From Chloroflexota bacterium (lineage in GTDB: Bacteria; Chloroflexota; Anaerolineae; Anaerolineales; UBA4823): a stretch of DNA of 64,000 nt. The first letter of the stretch is position 1. Every line of letters begins with the position of its first letter. Shown here piece after piece: positions 17,827 through 26,409 of the stretch. The stretch is from contig JAAYXE010000093.1 in the NCBI GenBank assembly GCA_012516075.1, forward strand, positions 879 through 64,878, written 5' to 3'. The notes beneath the pieces were generated by a model that searched no databases, had not been told where the DNA came from, and saw nothing but the letters and a program-made list of their open reading frames with translations. The position numbers and the translations under genes are program-made.

Positions 17827-20800
17827 TCAATGGAAACTGCCTGACCCGATGCCGCGCAGGAAACTGCGCCGCAGGGTCTTGTTCTTCAGCCGCCGGTCGA
17901 TAGAAGCGGCGATTTCCTGCGCTTCTCGCTGCAGCGCCTCGCTCCACTGGTCATCCCCATTCTGCACCAGCAGCGCGCTTAACTGCTGGCGTGCCTGGAT
18001 GCGCCCGGGCGGGTAGCACATCGCATCGGCCAGACGCAGCGCCGCTTCCAGCTCAACCCTGGCTTTTTCCGCATCCCCACCGGCTATATACAGCCCGGCC
18101 TGAAGCATGTGACCGCGCTGCAGGTATTTGCGTGCCCGGGTCCTGCCCGCAATTTGAAACAGCTCCTCCACACCCTGCTGCGCCTCTGCGAGCTGGCCAG
18201 TGGATAGATGCAGCCGGGCGCGCGCATCGGCCAGCCGGGTGCGCCAGCGCCAGTCGTGAACGCCGTATTCCGTGAGCCCCAGGCTCTCTTCGCAGGCCTG
18301 GATGTACGCCAGCGCCTCATCCAGCCGTCCCAGGCCGATGCAGTCCAGCGCCAGGTTAATCTGCGTGCTGATTTCAATCTCTTTGAACCCGGTTAGCGCC
18401 CGGGTGGGTTCCAGGCCCGACAGGTCGATGGCGTAGGCCGTCTCCCAGTCACCCAGTTCAGCGTGCAGCCAGCCAAGCTGGTTGATATGGCGCGCCGCCC
18501 AGGGAGAATCAATCTCATCGGCCGCTCTTTTTCCGGCTTCCAGATCGGCCAGCGCCTGATCATAATTGCCCCTGCCGCCCTCAGCCAGCGAGAGAATGTA
18601 GTTCAGCACGATGGAGATCCGCCGGTTGCCGGTCTGCCGGGCCAGCTCAACTCCCCGGCGGGCGCGCGCTGCGGCACGCCAGAACAGCCCCATAAAGTTG
18701 TCCTGCATGGCCAGAAAATGCAGGCATTCGGCCTGCAGAGACTGGCTCTCCGGCTGGGTCCGGCTGTGCACCAGCACGGTCTGCAGGCGCTTCTGAGCCG
18801 GGATCAATTCACCGGCGTTTTGCAGCGCACTGCTGAGCACAATGGCCGCCCGGATCGCCAGCAGCGGATCGCCAAGCGCGCGGGCTTTCTCTTCCGCCTC
18901 TCTGGCGAGGGCAATGCTCTGTTCACCCTGACCGCTGCTCCACAGCAGCCAGGCAAGATAGGCCAGCAGGCGTGTTTCGTCCGCTTCATAACCGAGCTGG
19001 CGCGCCAGCTCGAGCGCCTGTTCATAGTCAGCCCGCGCCTGCGCAAACAACCCCTGAAAGAAATAAACCTGGGCCCGCCCTTCATGAATCTTAAGCAGAT
19101 CTCCGGGCAGGTCCCGGGCATATGGCAGCGCTTTATTGAAGTACTTCAAGGCATCGGCATGGGCGAAGAAACGCACAGCCTGAGCTGCAGCCAGGCGGTA
19201 GAAGTGGTAGGCGCGCTCATCACCGGCCATTTCGTAATGGTAGGCCACCAGAGCAGCCTGGCTTTCTGGCCGCCGGCCGGCGATCGCCTCGAAGACCTCC
19301 CCTACCTTCCGGTGGTAGGCTTTTCGCTGCCTGGTGATTATCGAACGATAGGCAGCCTCGTGCGCCAGCGCATGGCGAAAACGGTATTCCTGGCCGTCGC
19401 CGTTCAGCGGTACGATCAGATTCAACCGCTGGAACGTCTCCATCTGCGCCGGTAAATCAACCTCTTCATCCAGGACACGCACCAGCACCTGAGCAGAAAA
19501 AGAGCGTCCAATAACGGAGGCGACCTGCAGCGTACGCCGGCCTGGTTCGCTCAAGTGGTCCATGCGTGAGACCAGCAGTGCGTGCAGGCTGTCCGGAATA
19601 CGCAGGTGATCTTCTTCGACCCGCGCCTTCCTGTCCTGCAGCAGCATGCCGCTCTCCAGCAGCGACTGTACAACTTCGCGGATATAAAGCGGATTCCCTT
19701 CGGCTTTCTGCAGGATCTGCGCGCGCAGCTCCTGGGACAGGCTGGCGCCGGGAAACCGGCTGTGCAGCAGGCTGTCGATCAGCTCTCCCCCTTCGGTTTC
19801 GCCCAGAGGAGCCAGGTTGATTTCTTTATAGGCTGTTGAATAGTTACTTCTGGCATGCTCAAGCACATAAACAGCCGGCGACTGCTCTTCCGGACGGGAG
19901 GCGCACAGGAAGAGCACCGGTGTTTCCTTCACCAGTTGGAACAGATGCACGATCAGCTCCGCCGAACCTGCATCGACCCACTGCAGATCGTCGAAGACGA
20001 TCACGGATGGCTGGTTTTTAAAACGGATCTCCAGCAGCCGGTAGACGATCTCGAACAGCTCGCGTTTAAAGCTCTCGCCCTGCAGCACAGTGTTACCGGA
20101 ATCCGGATCATCTCCACCAAAAAGAAGAGAATAAATTCGCACAGCCCGCGAGCGCAGTTCAGGGTCATAGTAGCGCAAAAAATGGGTCAGCTTGTGCTCA
20201 ACCTGCGCAGCGCTGTCCGTCTCCTTAATGCCGCTCTCGGCCTGCACGTGCTGGCGGAACTGCTCATACGGCCGGCTGGACGCATACGCAGCCGACCGGA
20301 TGTGCATCCAGCTCACATCCGGTTCCGTACCCGCATGTCGTGCAGTCTCGTGCTGCAGGGCCTCGATCAGGCGGGTCTTCCCCAGGCCGGCTTCGCCCAC
20401 CAGAGAAACGATCTGTCCCTGCCCTGAGGTGACCCGGAATACTGCATCCCGCAGCGCGGCCATTTCCGGAACGCGTCCCACCAGGGGCTGCTGCGCTTCC
20501 GCCAGGTAAATCGGTTCGTTCCCCGTCCGGAACCCCAGCACGCGGTAAGCGTTCACGCGCGCTTCCTTGCCCTTCACCTCGATGGCCCCCAGCGGTTCCA
20601 CTTCAACCAGGGAGGCGATCAGGCGGTAAGTGAATTCAGAGATCTGGACCGTCCCCGGGCGGGCGGTCTGTTCCATGCGCGCGGCCAGGTTGATGGCGTC
20701 ACCCATGGCGGTGTACTCCCAGCGCTGCTGCGTGCCCACGCTCCCGACCACAACAAGCCCGGTGTTGATCCCCACGCGCACGTCAAAATCGAGCCCGCGT

Positions 20801-21351
20801 TCCTGCTTCAGCTTCTGGCGGTAGATCTGGATTCCGTCCACGATTTCCAGCCCTGCCCTGACCGCCCGCTCGGGATCGTCTTCGTGCGCTGAAGGCGCGC
20901 CGAAAAACGCCAGCACGGCGTCGCCCATCATGCGCGGGATTGTGCCGTCATAGCGCAGGATGGGCGGGATCAGGTAACCAAATGCGCCGTTCATTATTTC
21001 GGCCCACTCTTCGGGATCCAGCCGCTCGGCCATCGCCGTGGAGCCTTTGACATCACAGAACAGCATGGTGACCACCCGCCGTTCTCCGACCAGGCTCCCA
21101 TCTTCCGGCGCTTCCTGCAGGCGCTCGAGCAGCTCCTGGGAGATGTATTTCTGCAGGCGCGGCTGCAGTTCAGCCTGTGCAGACACAGCCCGGCCGCAGC
21201 GGATGCAGTAGTTCGCAGACGCAGGGAGCATCTCCCCACACTCCGGACACAGCACGCGCCCGGTCAGGGGCAGGCCGCAGCGGCAGCAGAAGTTCGCCCC
21301 AACAGGGATGGCTGAATAACAGCGCGGACAGGTTTCTGGTTGATCGGTCAC
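17827..21351 (-). CDS. Double zinc-ribbon / class III adenylate-guanylate cyclase / AAA(P-loop) ATPase / TPR multidomain signalling protein
   Basis: N-terminal CPRC..CCRC and CPEC..CIRC ribbons. Cyclase core (TMLFCDVKGST, MGDAVLAFFGAP, VRVGINTG, GDAINLAARME). P-loop GEAGLGKTRL. Long C-terminal TPR-like helical repeats. GTG start. Confidence 0.85.
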   Translation of the reverse strand: MTDQPETCPRCYSAIPVGANFCCRCGLPLTGRVLCPECGEMLPASANYCIRCGRAVSAQAELQPRLQKYISQELLERLQEAPEDGSLVGERRVVTMLFCDVKGSTAMAERLDPEEWAEIMNGAFGYLIPPILRYDGTIPRMMGDAVLAFFGAPSAHEDDPERAVRAGLEIVDGIQIYRQKLKQERGLDFDVRVGINTGLVVVGSVGTQQRWEYTAMGDAINLAARMEQTARPGTVQISEFTYRLIASLVEVEPLGAIEVKGKEARVNAYRVLGFRTGNEPIYLAEAQQPLVGRVPEMAALRDAVFRVTSGQGQIVSLVGEAGLGKTRLIEALQHETARHAGTEPDVSWMHIRSAAYASSRPYEQFRQHVQAESGIKETDSAAQVEHKLTHFLRYYDPELRSRAVRIYSLLFGGDDPDSGNTVLQGESFKRELFEIVYRLLEIRFKNQPSVIVFDDLQWVDAGSAELIVHLFQLVKETPVLFLCASRPEEQSPAVYVLEHARSNYSTAYKEINLAPLGETEGGELIDSLLHSRFPGASLSQELRAQILQKAEGNPLYIREVVQSLLESGMLLQDRKARVEEDHLRIPDSLHALLVSRMDHLSEPGRRTLQVASVIGRSFSAQVLVRVLDEEVDLPAQMETFQRLNLIVPLNGDGQEYRFRHALAHEAAYRSIITRQRKAYHRKVGEVFEAIAGRRPESQAALVAYHYEMAGDERAYHFYRLAAAQAVRFFAHADALKYFNKALPYARDLPGDLLKIHEGRAQVYFFQGLFAQARADYEQALELARQLGYEADETRLLAYLAWLLWSSGQGEQSIALAREAEEKARALGDPLLAIRAAIVLSSALQNAGELIPAQKRLQTVLVHSRTQPESQSLQAECLHFLAMQDNFMGLFWRAAARARRGVELARQTGNRRISIVLNYILSLAEGGRGNYDQALADLEAGKRAADEIDSPWAARHINQLGWLHAELGDWETAYAIDLSGLEPTRALTGFKEIEISTQINLALDCIGLGRLDEALAYIQACEESLGLTEYGVHDWRWRTRLADARARLHLSTGQLAEAQQGVEELFQIAGRTRARKYLQRGHMLQAGLYIAGGDAEKARVELEAALRLADAMCYPPGRIQARQQLSALLVQNGDDQWSEALQREAQEIAASIDRRLKNKTLRRSFLRGIGSGSFH

Positions 21352-21525
21352 CTTCTGGTTTCCGTACCTCTCCCCCCGATGTACCGTGTACAGCTTACCC
21401 CCATTGTACAGGCATATCTCCGCGATGCAAGAACCAGATTTCCAGGCTCACGCATGCGATCAGCCGCTGGAATTCCGGTCTGGATCGCTGACAGGGTATA
21501 CTTACCAGCGAACGGGGACAATAAA

Positions 21526-23253
21526 ATGAGTGCAAACCGCCCACCTTTTGAGACAGACCCGGCTGTATCCACCAGCCTGCTGTGGCCGCCCGGCGTGCGC
21601 GAGATTGATAATCCGGTCATCCGGCCCGAGGACGCCGCATATCGCGATCTGGGGCTGGCCCACCTGGTGTACGCCTTTACCTCCGACTCCCAACAGCAGC
21701 GCGACATCGCCAGAATCCTGGGCACCCTGCTCCAGGACCCGCAGGTGATCCGCTACCGGCAGGATGTGCTCGCCGACCTGCTGCACAGCCCTGGACTGGT
21801 CGAACGGCTGGAGGCCCTTTTTCCAAAAATAGACGCCCTGGGCCGCTATGCCCACCGCCGGTCCGAATCCAACTCGCTGCGGGAGGTCACCTGGCGCCTG
21901 GGCGAGCTGCAGAGTCTGGTGGACAGCGTCCAGGGCCTGCACGAGGCTCTGCAGGCGGACGTTTCATCCCAGGCTTTGCGCAGTCTGCGCGCTCAAACGG
22001 ACGCCATGCAGGCCGATCCGGTATTCCAGAACCTGGTGCGGGAGCTGCCCGGCATGCTGGAACGCCTGCGCTCCAGCGCCAGCATCACCATCGGGGTGAA
22101 CCTGGATGAATATCTGCGCCCGGTGGAAGCCACCCTGCTCGCGGGCAACAGGGAGAAATTCACCTCCCCAACGCTGCTGGAACGCCTGCTCGGGAAAAAG
22201 GCTGCAGGCCAGGCTGGCCTGGCGCCGCTGCACTCCGTCCCCCGGCGCAGCCCCGGAGGTGTGCCCGGGATCCAGGGCAGCGCCGAATCACGCTGGGCGG
22301 TAGAACCGCTCATGGTACCCCTGTTTGCCGACCTGGCGAAGGTGATCGAAAAAACAACCGCACCGGTCGTCAAGGAGCTCAGGCGCTATTCCAATCTGCA
22401 CAGCAAAATGTTCATCACCCTGGGGAAAGAGCTCAGCTTTTACCTGGGCGCTGTGCGCCTGGTCAGGAAACTGCAGGAGATGGGAATCCCGGTCTGCCGG
22501 CCGGAGCTGGCCCCGGTCAAAGAGCGCCTGTGCAAGGTGACGCAGTCCTGCAATGTCAACCTGGCGCTGCGATTGGGCAGCCAGCAGTCGGACAGCATTA
22601 ACAGAATCGTGCTCAACGATATTCACATCGGCCCAGCGGGCCGCATCCTGATCCTCACCGGGCCCAACCAGGGCGGGAAAACGACCTACCTGCAGGGAGT
22701 CGGGCTGGTCCAGGTGCTGGCACAGGCAGGGCTGTATGTGCCCGGCGAGAGCGCGCGCATCAGCCCGGTCGACAGGATTCTCACCCATTTCCCGCTCGAG
22801 GAAAACCCCGCAGCCGGGTCCGGCCGCTTCGGAGAGGAGACCCAGCGTTTAAGTGAGCTCTTTGCCCAGGTGACTGCCTCCAGCCTGGTGCTGCTCAACG
22901 AGACATTTTCCAGCACCAGCGCTGGCGAGAGCATCTATCTGGCCCAGGATGTTGTGCGCATTCTGCGCCGGCTGGGTGCGCGCGCCCTCTACGCCACCCA
23001 CCTCCATGAGCTGGCAGCCCAAGCAGAGGCTCTCAACACCTCCACTCCGGGCGACAGCCTGGTGATCAGCCTGGTTGCTTCGCCCATCGATGAGCTGAAC
23101 CCCGATGGACACCGGCATAGTTTTCGGGTCGTAGCGCGCCCGCCGCTGGGACGCAGCTTCGCCCGCGAGCTGGCGGCGCGCTACGGGGTCAGCTATGAAC
23201 AGCTTGAACAGATGCTCAAGAGCAGGGGCCTGCTCCCACCAGACGGCTCCTGA
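21526..23253 (+). CDS. MutS-related ATPase (MutS domain V family, no obvious mismatch-binding or Smr domain)
   Basis: Walker A LTGPNQGGKTTYL, LLNETFSSTSAGE and ATHLHEL. The start at 21526 avoids overlap with the divergent cyclase gene. Confidence 0.75.
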   Translation: MSANRPPFETDPAVSTSLLWPPGVREIDNPVIRPEDAAYRDLGLAHLVYAFTSDSQQQRDIARILGTLLQDPQVIRYRQDVLADLLHSPGLVERLEALFPKIDALGRYAHRRSESNSLREVTWRLGELQSLVDSVQGLHEALQADVSSQALRSLRAQTDAMQADPVFQNLVRELPGMLERLRSSASITIGVNLDEYLRPVEATLLAGNREKFTSPTLLERLLGKKAAGQAGLAPLHSVPRRSPGGVPGIQGSAESRWAVEPLMVPLFADLAKVIEKTTAPVVKELRRYSNLHSKMFITLGKELSFYLGAVRLVRKLQEMGIPVCRPELAPVKERLCKVTQSCNVNLALRLGSQQSDSINRIVLNDIHIGPAGRILILTGPNQGGKTTYLQGVGLVQVLAQAGLYVPGESARISPVDRILTHFPLEENPAAGSGRFGEETQRLSELFAQVTASSLVLLNETFSSTSAGESIYLAQDVVRILRRLGARALYATHLHELAAQAEALNTSTPGDSLVISLVASPIDELNPDGHRHSFRVVARPPLGRSFARELAARYGVSYEQLEQMLKSRGLLPPDGS

Positions 23254-23262
23254 TCCCGCACC

Positions 23263-25944
23263 TTACGCCAGCGCGCCAAACCAGCCTCTGCGCTCCATCC
23301 ATTTGGCAATTTCCAGCACCGGTGAAATAGTCAGCGAGACGGCCAGGATGATCAGCCAGTCTTCCAGCGACAGGCTGAAGGTCTCAAACGGCGTCTGCAG
23401 GAAGGGGACGTAGACGATAATCACCAGCATCAGGAAATCCCACAGCACCGCCCAGTTCAGCCAGCGGTTGCTGAAGGGCTGGTTGAATACAGAGTGCCGG
23501 TCTGAACGGTAGTTGTAGGCCTTGAAGAACTGGATCAGGACCAGGGAGACAAAGGTCATGGTCATCGCTTCGGCCAGGCTGCGTCCGGAGTTGAGCGCCC
23601 AGGAGAACAGCCCCAGGTTGGCCAGCGAGGACCAGATCCCGCCCACCAGCATCAGGATGACCACAGCTCGTGTGAAAATGCCCTGCCGGGTGTCGCGCGG
23701 CCGGCGGCGCATCAGGTCGGGTTCTGGCGGGTCCACGGCCAGCGCAAGGGCCGGCAGGCCGTCCGTCGCCAGGTTGACGAACAGGATCTGCACGGCGGTC
23801 AGCGGCAGCGGCATACCCAGCAGAGCCGCCCCGGCCATCAACCCGATCTCGCCGATATTCGAAGACAGCAGGTACATCAGATATTTCTTGATGTTGCCAA
23901 AGATGCCGCGTCCTTCTTCGACGGCCGCCACGATGGAAGCAAAGTTATCGTCAATCAGAGTCATATCGGCGGCCTCTTTACTCACATCCGTCCCGGTGAT
24001 GCCCATGGCGATCCCGATGTCCGCCTTCTTCAAAGCCGGGGCGTCGTTGACGCCGTCTCCTGTCATGGCGACGATGTGACCCTTGTTCTGCAGGGCTGTG
24101 ACCACTCTCAACTTATGGGCCGGAGACACACGCGCGTACACTTCGATCTGCTCGACCTCACGCTCGAATTCTTCATCAGACATGTTCTCCAGCTCAACCC
24201 CGGTCACCACTTTCCCCACCTTCAGCAGACCCAGCTCCTGCGCGACCGCCTTTGCCGTGACCGGGTGGTCGCCGGTAATCATCACCGGGCGGATACCGGC
24301 CTGCTCGCAGATCTGGATCGCCTGGCGCGCCTCCGGTCGCGGCGGGTCAATCATACCCACCAGCCCCAGGAAGGTCATCTCGTTCTCGGCTTCGGTAATA
24401 CGCTCGGCCGGTTTTGACGCCACCGCCAGCACGCGCAGCGCCTGGGCCGCCATCTCCTGCCCGGCATCGATAATCGCCTGGCGGTCTTCTGCGGTCAGCG
24501 GACGTACACCGTCTGGGGCCATCCAGGTGCTGCACGCATCCAGGATGACTTCCGGGGCTCCCTTCGAGCAGGCCAGCCGTCCATCCGGCGTTTGCAGCAG
24601 GGTGGTCATGCGCCGGGTTTCGGAGGTGAATGGAATCTCGTCCACACGCGGGTACTGGCGGTCCAGCTCCGCGCGCTGCAGCCCGGCCTTTGCCGCGGCC
24701 ACCAGCAGCGCCCCCTCGGTTGGATCGCCTTTGATATCCCAGCGCCCGCCTTCTTCCACCAGCCTGGCGTCGCTGACCAGCACCGCGGCTCGCAGCAGGT
24801 TTTCCAGCCGTTCGAAGCTGCCGTTTAGCCCTCCATCCGCCCGGAACTCGCCCACCGGTTCGTAGCCCGAGCCCGTGACCTCAATCATCTGTCCGGCCGT
24901 GTAGATCTTCCTCACGGTCATCTCATCTTTGGTCAGTGTGCCGGTCTTGTCCGAGCAGATGACTGAGGTGCTGCCGAGCGTTTCGACGGTGGGCAGCCGC
25001 CGCACCAGGGCGTTGCGCTTCACCATGCGCTGGATGCCGATCGCCAGCGAAATGGTCACCACAGCCGGCAGCGCTTCGGGGACGACCGCCACCGCCAGGG
25101 CAATGCCGAAGATAAACATTTCCAGCAGGTCCTGGCCCCGCAGCAGGCCCAGGACCACAATGATGCTGACCACCACCAGGGCAGCTCGAGCCAGCACTTT
25201 CCCCACCCGGTCGAGGTTTTCCTGCAGCGGGGTCTGTCCGGTTTCCACATCCTGCAGCATGCCGGTGATGCGGCCGAATTCGGTGTTCATCCCGGTCGCA
25301 GTGACCAGCGCTTTTCCGCGCCCGTAGGTCACTGCGGTCCCGGAGAAGACCATGTTCAGGCGGTCGCCAGGGGGAAGGTCACCGCCCGGGATCGGATCGG
25401 TGATTTTCTGCACCGGCAGTGATTCTCCCGTCAGGGCTGCTTCCTCGACCTGCAGGTTGACCGCCTGGATCAGGCGCGCATCCGCCGGGATCTTATCACC
25501 CGCCTGCAGCAGGATCACGTCGCCGGGTACCAGCTCTCGGGCGGGGATCTCGACTTCCGACCCGTCCCGCAGCACGGTGGCCGTGGGGGCTGCCATTTCT
25601 CGCAGCGCTTCCACGGCTCGCTCGGCCCGGTATTCCTGGATAAAGCCCAGGAAAACTGCAAAGAGCACGATTACTGCAATAGCCGCCGCTTCGATCCCGT
25701 GCCCCAGCACGGCGGAAATCAGCGTCGCGGCCAGCAGGATGATGACGAAGATGTTCTTGAATTGCTCGAGCAGGACCTTAAACGGGGTTACCCGCCTGAC
25801 TGCGAGCAGCTCGTTCGGCCCACATTCCTGCAGCCGGACCTGCGCGTCGCGGCTGTTTAAGCCCTCCGGTGTGGAGGCCAACTTCTGGAGGGCTTCTTCA
25901 ACCGTAAGGGTGTGCCAGTTCTCGACAGGGTGCATCATTTGCAT
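23263..25944 (-). CDS. P-type ATPase, type IIA (SERCA/PMR1-like Ca2+/Mn2+ transporter)
   Basis: [39 protein letters not shown] and ten predicted TMs. The ATG at 25944 with a GGAGA RBS is preferred to the TTG at 25959. A Mn2+ riboswitch candidate lies upstream. Confidence 0.9.
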   Translation of the reverse strand: MQMMHPVENWHTLTVEEALQKLASTPEGLNSRDAQVRLQECGPNELLAVRRVTPFKVLLEQFKNIFVIILLAATLISAVLGHGIEAAAIAVIVLFAVFLGFIQEYRAERAVEALREMAAPTATVLRDGSEVEIPARELVPGDVILLQAGDKIPADARLIQAVNLQVEEAALTGESLPVQKITDPIPGGDLPPGDRLNMVFSGTAVTYGRGKALVTATGMNTEFGRITGMLQDVETGQTPLQENLDRVGKVLARAALVVVSIIVVLGLLRGQDLLEMFIFGIALAVAVVPEALPAVVTISLAIGIQRMVKRNALVRRLPTVETLGSTSVICSDKTGTLTKDEMTVRKIYTAGQMIEVTGSGYEPVGEFRADGGLNGSFERLENLLRAAVLVSDARLVEEGGRWDIKGDPTEGALLVAAAKAGLQRAELDRQYPRVDEIPFTSETRRMTTLLQTPDGRLACSKGAPEVILDACSTWMAPDGVRPLTAEDRQAIIDAGQEMAAQALRVLAVASKPAERITEAENEMTFLGLVGMIDPPRPEARQAIQICEQAGIRPVMITGDHPVTAKAVAQELGLLKVGKVVTGVELENMSDEEFEREVEQIEVYARVSPAHKLRVVTALQNKGHIVAMTGDGVNDAPALKKADIGIAMGITGTDVSKEAADMTLIDDNFASIVAAVEEGRGIFGNIKKYLMYLLSSNIGEIGLMAGAALLGMPLPLTAVQILFVNLATDGLPALALAVDPPEPDLMRRRPRDTRQGIFTRAVVILMLVGGIWSSLANLGLFSWALNSGRSLAEAMTMTFVSLVLIQFFKAYNYRSDRHSVFNQPFSNRWLNWAVLWDFLMLVIIVYVPFLQTPFETFSLSLEDWLIILAVSLTISPVLEIAKWMERRGWFGALA

Positions 25945-26104
25945 TTCTGTTCTCCACAAACCATGTTCAGCCGGTCCTTTTCAATGGATAAAAAGGCCGG
26001 CAGTAAAGCTTTTTCAAAAAGGCGTGTTTGATCGTTCTCCACCGGTTTTCCCCCAACCGGTGGAATGAAGTAATTTGGGCTTCGGCGTTGATGATTTCTG
26101 GCAT

Positions 26105-26245
26105 AAAAAAAGACCACCACAACGTAAAGTTGCGCTGGTCTCGCTGTTTCTATACTGACAGCCGGAAGCGGCTCTGGAGGTGAGCGCACTTCGTACTGAC
26201 GACTGCCATCCTGCCGGAGCAGGCAGCTACTCCCCAAGCGGAGCA
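26105..26245 (-). promoter_or_regulatory. yybP-ykoY (Mn2+) riboswitch candidate with intrinsic terminator expression platform
   Basis: The minus-strand RNA reads CGCUUGGGGAGUAGCUGCC..GGCAGUCGUCAGUA..GGCUGUCAGUAUAGAAACAGCGAGACCAGCG. It contains the GGGGAGUAG and GAGACC blocks that I recall as invariant in this class, and GUCGUCA. A 12-bp terminator hairpin (GACCAGCGCAAC / GUUGUGGUGGUC) plus U7 follows. It sits about 160 nt upstream of the ATPase start. Confidence 0.75.
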
Positions 26246-26251
26246 GAACGA

Positions 26252-26280
26252 AGTTTAATGCAGCCCGCTGCCGCTGTCAA
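26252..26280 (-). promoter_or_regulatory. Sigma70-like promoter driving the riboswitch and ATPase transcript
   Basis: On the minus strand: TTGACA (26280-26275), 17-nt spacer, TAAACT (26257-26252). Confidence 0.6.
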
Positions 26281-26409
26281 GAATGATCTTTGGCCAACGT
26301 CAGCAGGCCAGGGGATTAGGTCCAATTTCCATGAGGAGTGACCCGGCAGCGCTGATTGTCATATCCCTCCCATTGGAGTAAGATTGGCCTGCAGTTTGTG
26401 GAAGGACTT

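Noticed and set aside
26140-26250. Possible small SRP (4.5S) RNA on the plus strand, suggested by CCGGAAGCGGC (a GNRA-like tetraloop helix)
   Set aside because: The conserved SRP domain IV sequence (GGAAGCAGCC, AGGUCAGG) is absent. The promoter, the U-tract terminator and the GGGGAGUAG/GAGACC blocks all fit the minus strand as a yybP-ykoY riboswitch instead.
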